Shown here: positions 59,801-64,000 of the stretch, one piece after another
Position numbering within the stretch: the stretch's first letter is position 1
Layout of the letters: every line of letters begins with the position of its first letter
Source: an uncultured Eubacteriales bacterium
GTDB lineage: Bacteria; Bacillota; Clostridia; Christensenellales; CALVMC01
Reading direction: 5' to 3'
NCBI GenBank assembly: GCA_949296455.1
Contig: CASFOZ010000005.1
Span: 1 to 64,000, forward strand
Length of the DNA: 64,000 nt
Notes under the pieces: model-generated
Database searches by the model: none
The model's input: only the letters and a program-made list of their open reading frames with translations
What the model was told of the DNA's origin: nothing
Translations under genes and position numbers: made by a program

Positions 59801-60596
59801 GGTTCTCGAAGTGCATTTGGGTCTTGTCGCTAAACTGTTGGGCTGGAAAGTCGCAACCCCCGTTTTCGACGGCGCAAACGAAACGGATATAAGACAACTC
59901 TTTATCGAAAACGGACTTCCCGAAAACGGTAAAATGCAACTCTACGACGGAAGAACGGGCGAACCTTTCGAAAACAAGGTTACCGTAGGTTATATGTATA
60001 TGCTTAAACTCGTTCACTTGGTCGACGATAAAATTCACGCCCGTTCGACAGGTCCTTACAGCCTTGTTACGCAGCAGCCTCTCGGCGGTAAAGCGCAGTT
60101 CGGCGGTCAGCGTTTCGGTGAAATGGAAGTTTGGGCTCTCGAAGCTTACGGTGCGGCTAATTTGCTTCAAGAAATACTTACCGTTAAGTCCGACGACGTG
60201 GTAGGCAGAGTTAAAACCTACGAGTCAATCGTCAAGGGCGTTAATATAAGCGAACCCGGTATTCCCGAATCCTTTAAGGTTCTTATCAAAGAAATGCAGA
60301 GCCTTGCTCTCGATGTAAAAGTCCTTACCGAAAGCAAGGAAGAAATCGGCCTTAAAGACCTTATCGACGAAGACCGTGACAACGATGTCGTTGTTAAAAA
60401 GGATAAAGACCTTACCGAAATCGATATCAACTTTAACGACGACGAAGAAGAAAAAGGAGAAGAAGGTTCCATTTTTGAAATCTTCGGCTCCGAAGACGGT
60501 ATCAGCGAAGACCTTAAACTTTTCGATGACGACGACGAAAATACCGTTTCGCTTTCCATCACCGACAGCGGCGATGACGACGAGGATTTAGATTAG
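56847..60596 (+). CDS. rpoB: DNA-directed RNA polymerase subunit beta (1249 aa) with a ~70-aa acidic C-terminal tail
   Basis: Conserved rpoB blocks are present (…NIGLITSL…, …[45 protein letters not shown]…). The C-terminus reads [35 protein letters not shown]...[10 protein letters not shown]. Confidence 0.97.
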   Translation: MSQRIHKVKFGNTDRYSFSQIKETLEIPYFIEVQKESYKNFLKYGIKEVLDQISPIQDFGGRMEIHFLDYTLTGEPKYDVKECKDRDATYALPLRVKVRLINKETNEHIDQEVFMGDIPLMTESGSFVINGAERVIVSQLVRSPGVYSAKEYDKNGIYRYQTTVMPNRGAWLEFEQDANNLLWVHVDRTRKITATVLLRALGFGTDEELMTLFGGDNMIAKTIEKDVVKNCEEAKVELYKRLRPGEVPTVEGVDLLIKNIFFDPRRYDLARVGRFKFNSKLSLADRINGQVLEEDAVSPLTGEILAKKGDKITFEKAWEIQNSGLNEVWVKAPTGIPFKMIGNATVDIEKVLDCNAEELGIKELVYFPFLSKLMQEFTDKKSLLKAIEMNVDNLVVKHVTVEDIVASVSYNLSLSQGFGMVDNIDHLSNRRVRSVGELLQNQFRIGMIRLERVIKERMSVAQDLSAISPQSLINIRPITSAIREFFGSSQLSQFMDQPNPIAELTHKRKLSALGPGGLNRERASFDVRDVHHSHYGRMCPIETPEGQNIGLITSLSTYAKINEYGFIESPYRKVDKEKGIVTDKVEYLTAEEEDRYVVAQANVPLDENGRFLEDRVTCRRREEIVEVNSSEVDYMDVSPKQLISVATSLIPFLENDDTNRALMGSNMQRQAVPLLRPEAPIIGTGMEHKVAYDSGVMVIAKRGGTVVKASDTSIVIDTGKEKDVYRLKKFERSNQGTCVNQKPIVKIGQIVKEGDVLADGQSTDGGELALGRNILVGFMSWEGYNFEDAILISEDLVKDDVFTSIHIEEYELEARDTKLGEEIITRDIPNLGDDVLRNLDENGIVMIGAEVSSGDILVGKVTPKGETELTPEERLLRAIFGDKAREVRDTSLRVPHGEGGIVVDVKEFTRENKDELPPSVNRLVRVYIAQKRKISVGDKMAGRHGNKGVISRVLPKEDMPFLPDGTPLQIVLNPLGVPSRMNIGQVLEVHLGLVAKLLGWKVATPVFDGANETDIRQLFIENGLPENGKMQLYDGRTGEPFENKVTVGYMYMLKLVHLVDDKIHARSTGPYSLVTQQPLGGKAQFGGQRFGEMEVWALEAYGAANLLQEILTVKSDDVVGRVKTYESIVKGVNISEPGIPESFKVLIKEMQSLALDVKVLTESKEEIGLKDLIDEDRDNDVVVKKDKDLTEIDINFNDDEEEKGEEGSIFEIFGSEDGISEDLKLFDDDDENTVSLSITDSGDDDEDLD

Positions 60597-60607
60597 GAGG
60601 GTAATCG

Positions 60608-64000
<3,393 letters not shown>

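Overview
This is a 64-kb low-GC chromosomal segment that looks Firmicutes-like (standard genetic code: TGA is used as a stop, e.g. rplO and adk, and TGG encodes Trp). It begins with the 3' portion of a 5S rRNA and an rrn terminator. A ~32-kb block follows that belongs to no core operon. It holds a tandemly duplicated two-gene module encoding four giant predicted surface proteins (1768, 2473, 1770 and 2454 aa). Each has an N-terminal signal/anchor, a very large ectodomain built from Cys-ladder GLUG-like beta-helix rungs plus InlB-B-repeat/Ig-like modules, a single C-terminal TM helix and a short Lys-rich cytoplasmic tail. Two further genes sit downstream: an SPFH (Band_7_1-like) protein with three double-zinc-ribbons and an acidic disordered tail, and a 1089-aa hyper-acidic low-complexity protein. 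After the island comes a complete S10-spc-alpha ribosomal super-operon (rpsJ to rplQ, including secY, adk, map, a ybzG-like KOW gene, infA and rpmJ). On the minus strand there is an ispDF / S4-domain / HAD-hydrolase cluster, followed on the plus strand by carAB and rpoB-rpoC (rpoC runs off the window end). Unusual points are a Cys4 plus Lys/Ala-rich extension on L24, a ~165-aa Ala/Lys/Thr-rich N-terminal extension on L5, an acidic C-terminal tail on RpoB, and the absence of the str operon upstream of S10. The best candidate for an undescribed system is the rrn-proximal giant-protein island together with the SPFH/zinc-ribbon and hyper-acidic genes. Most minus-strand ORFs in the track are antisense artefacts of these genes.
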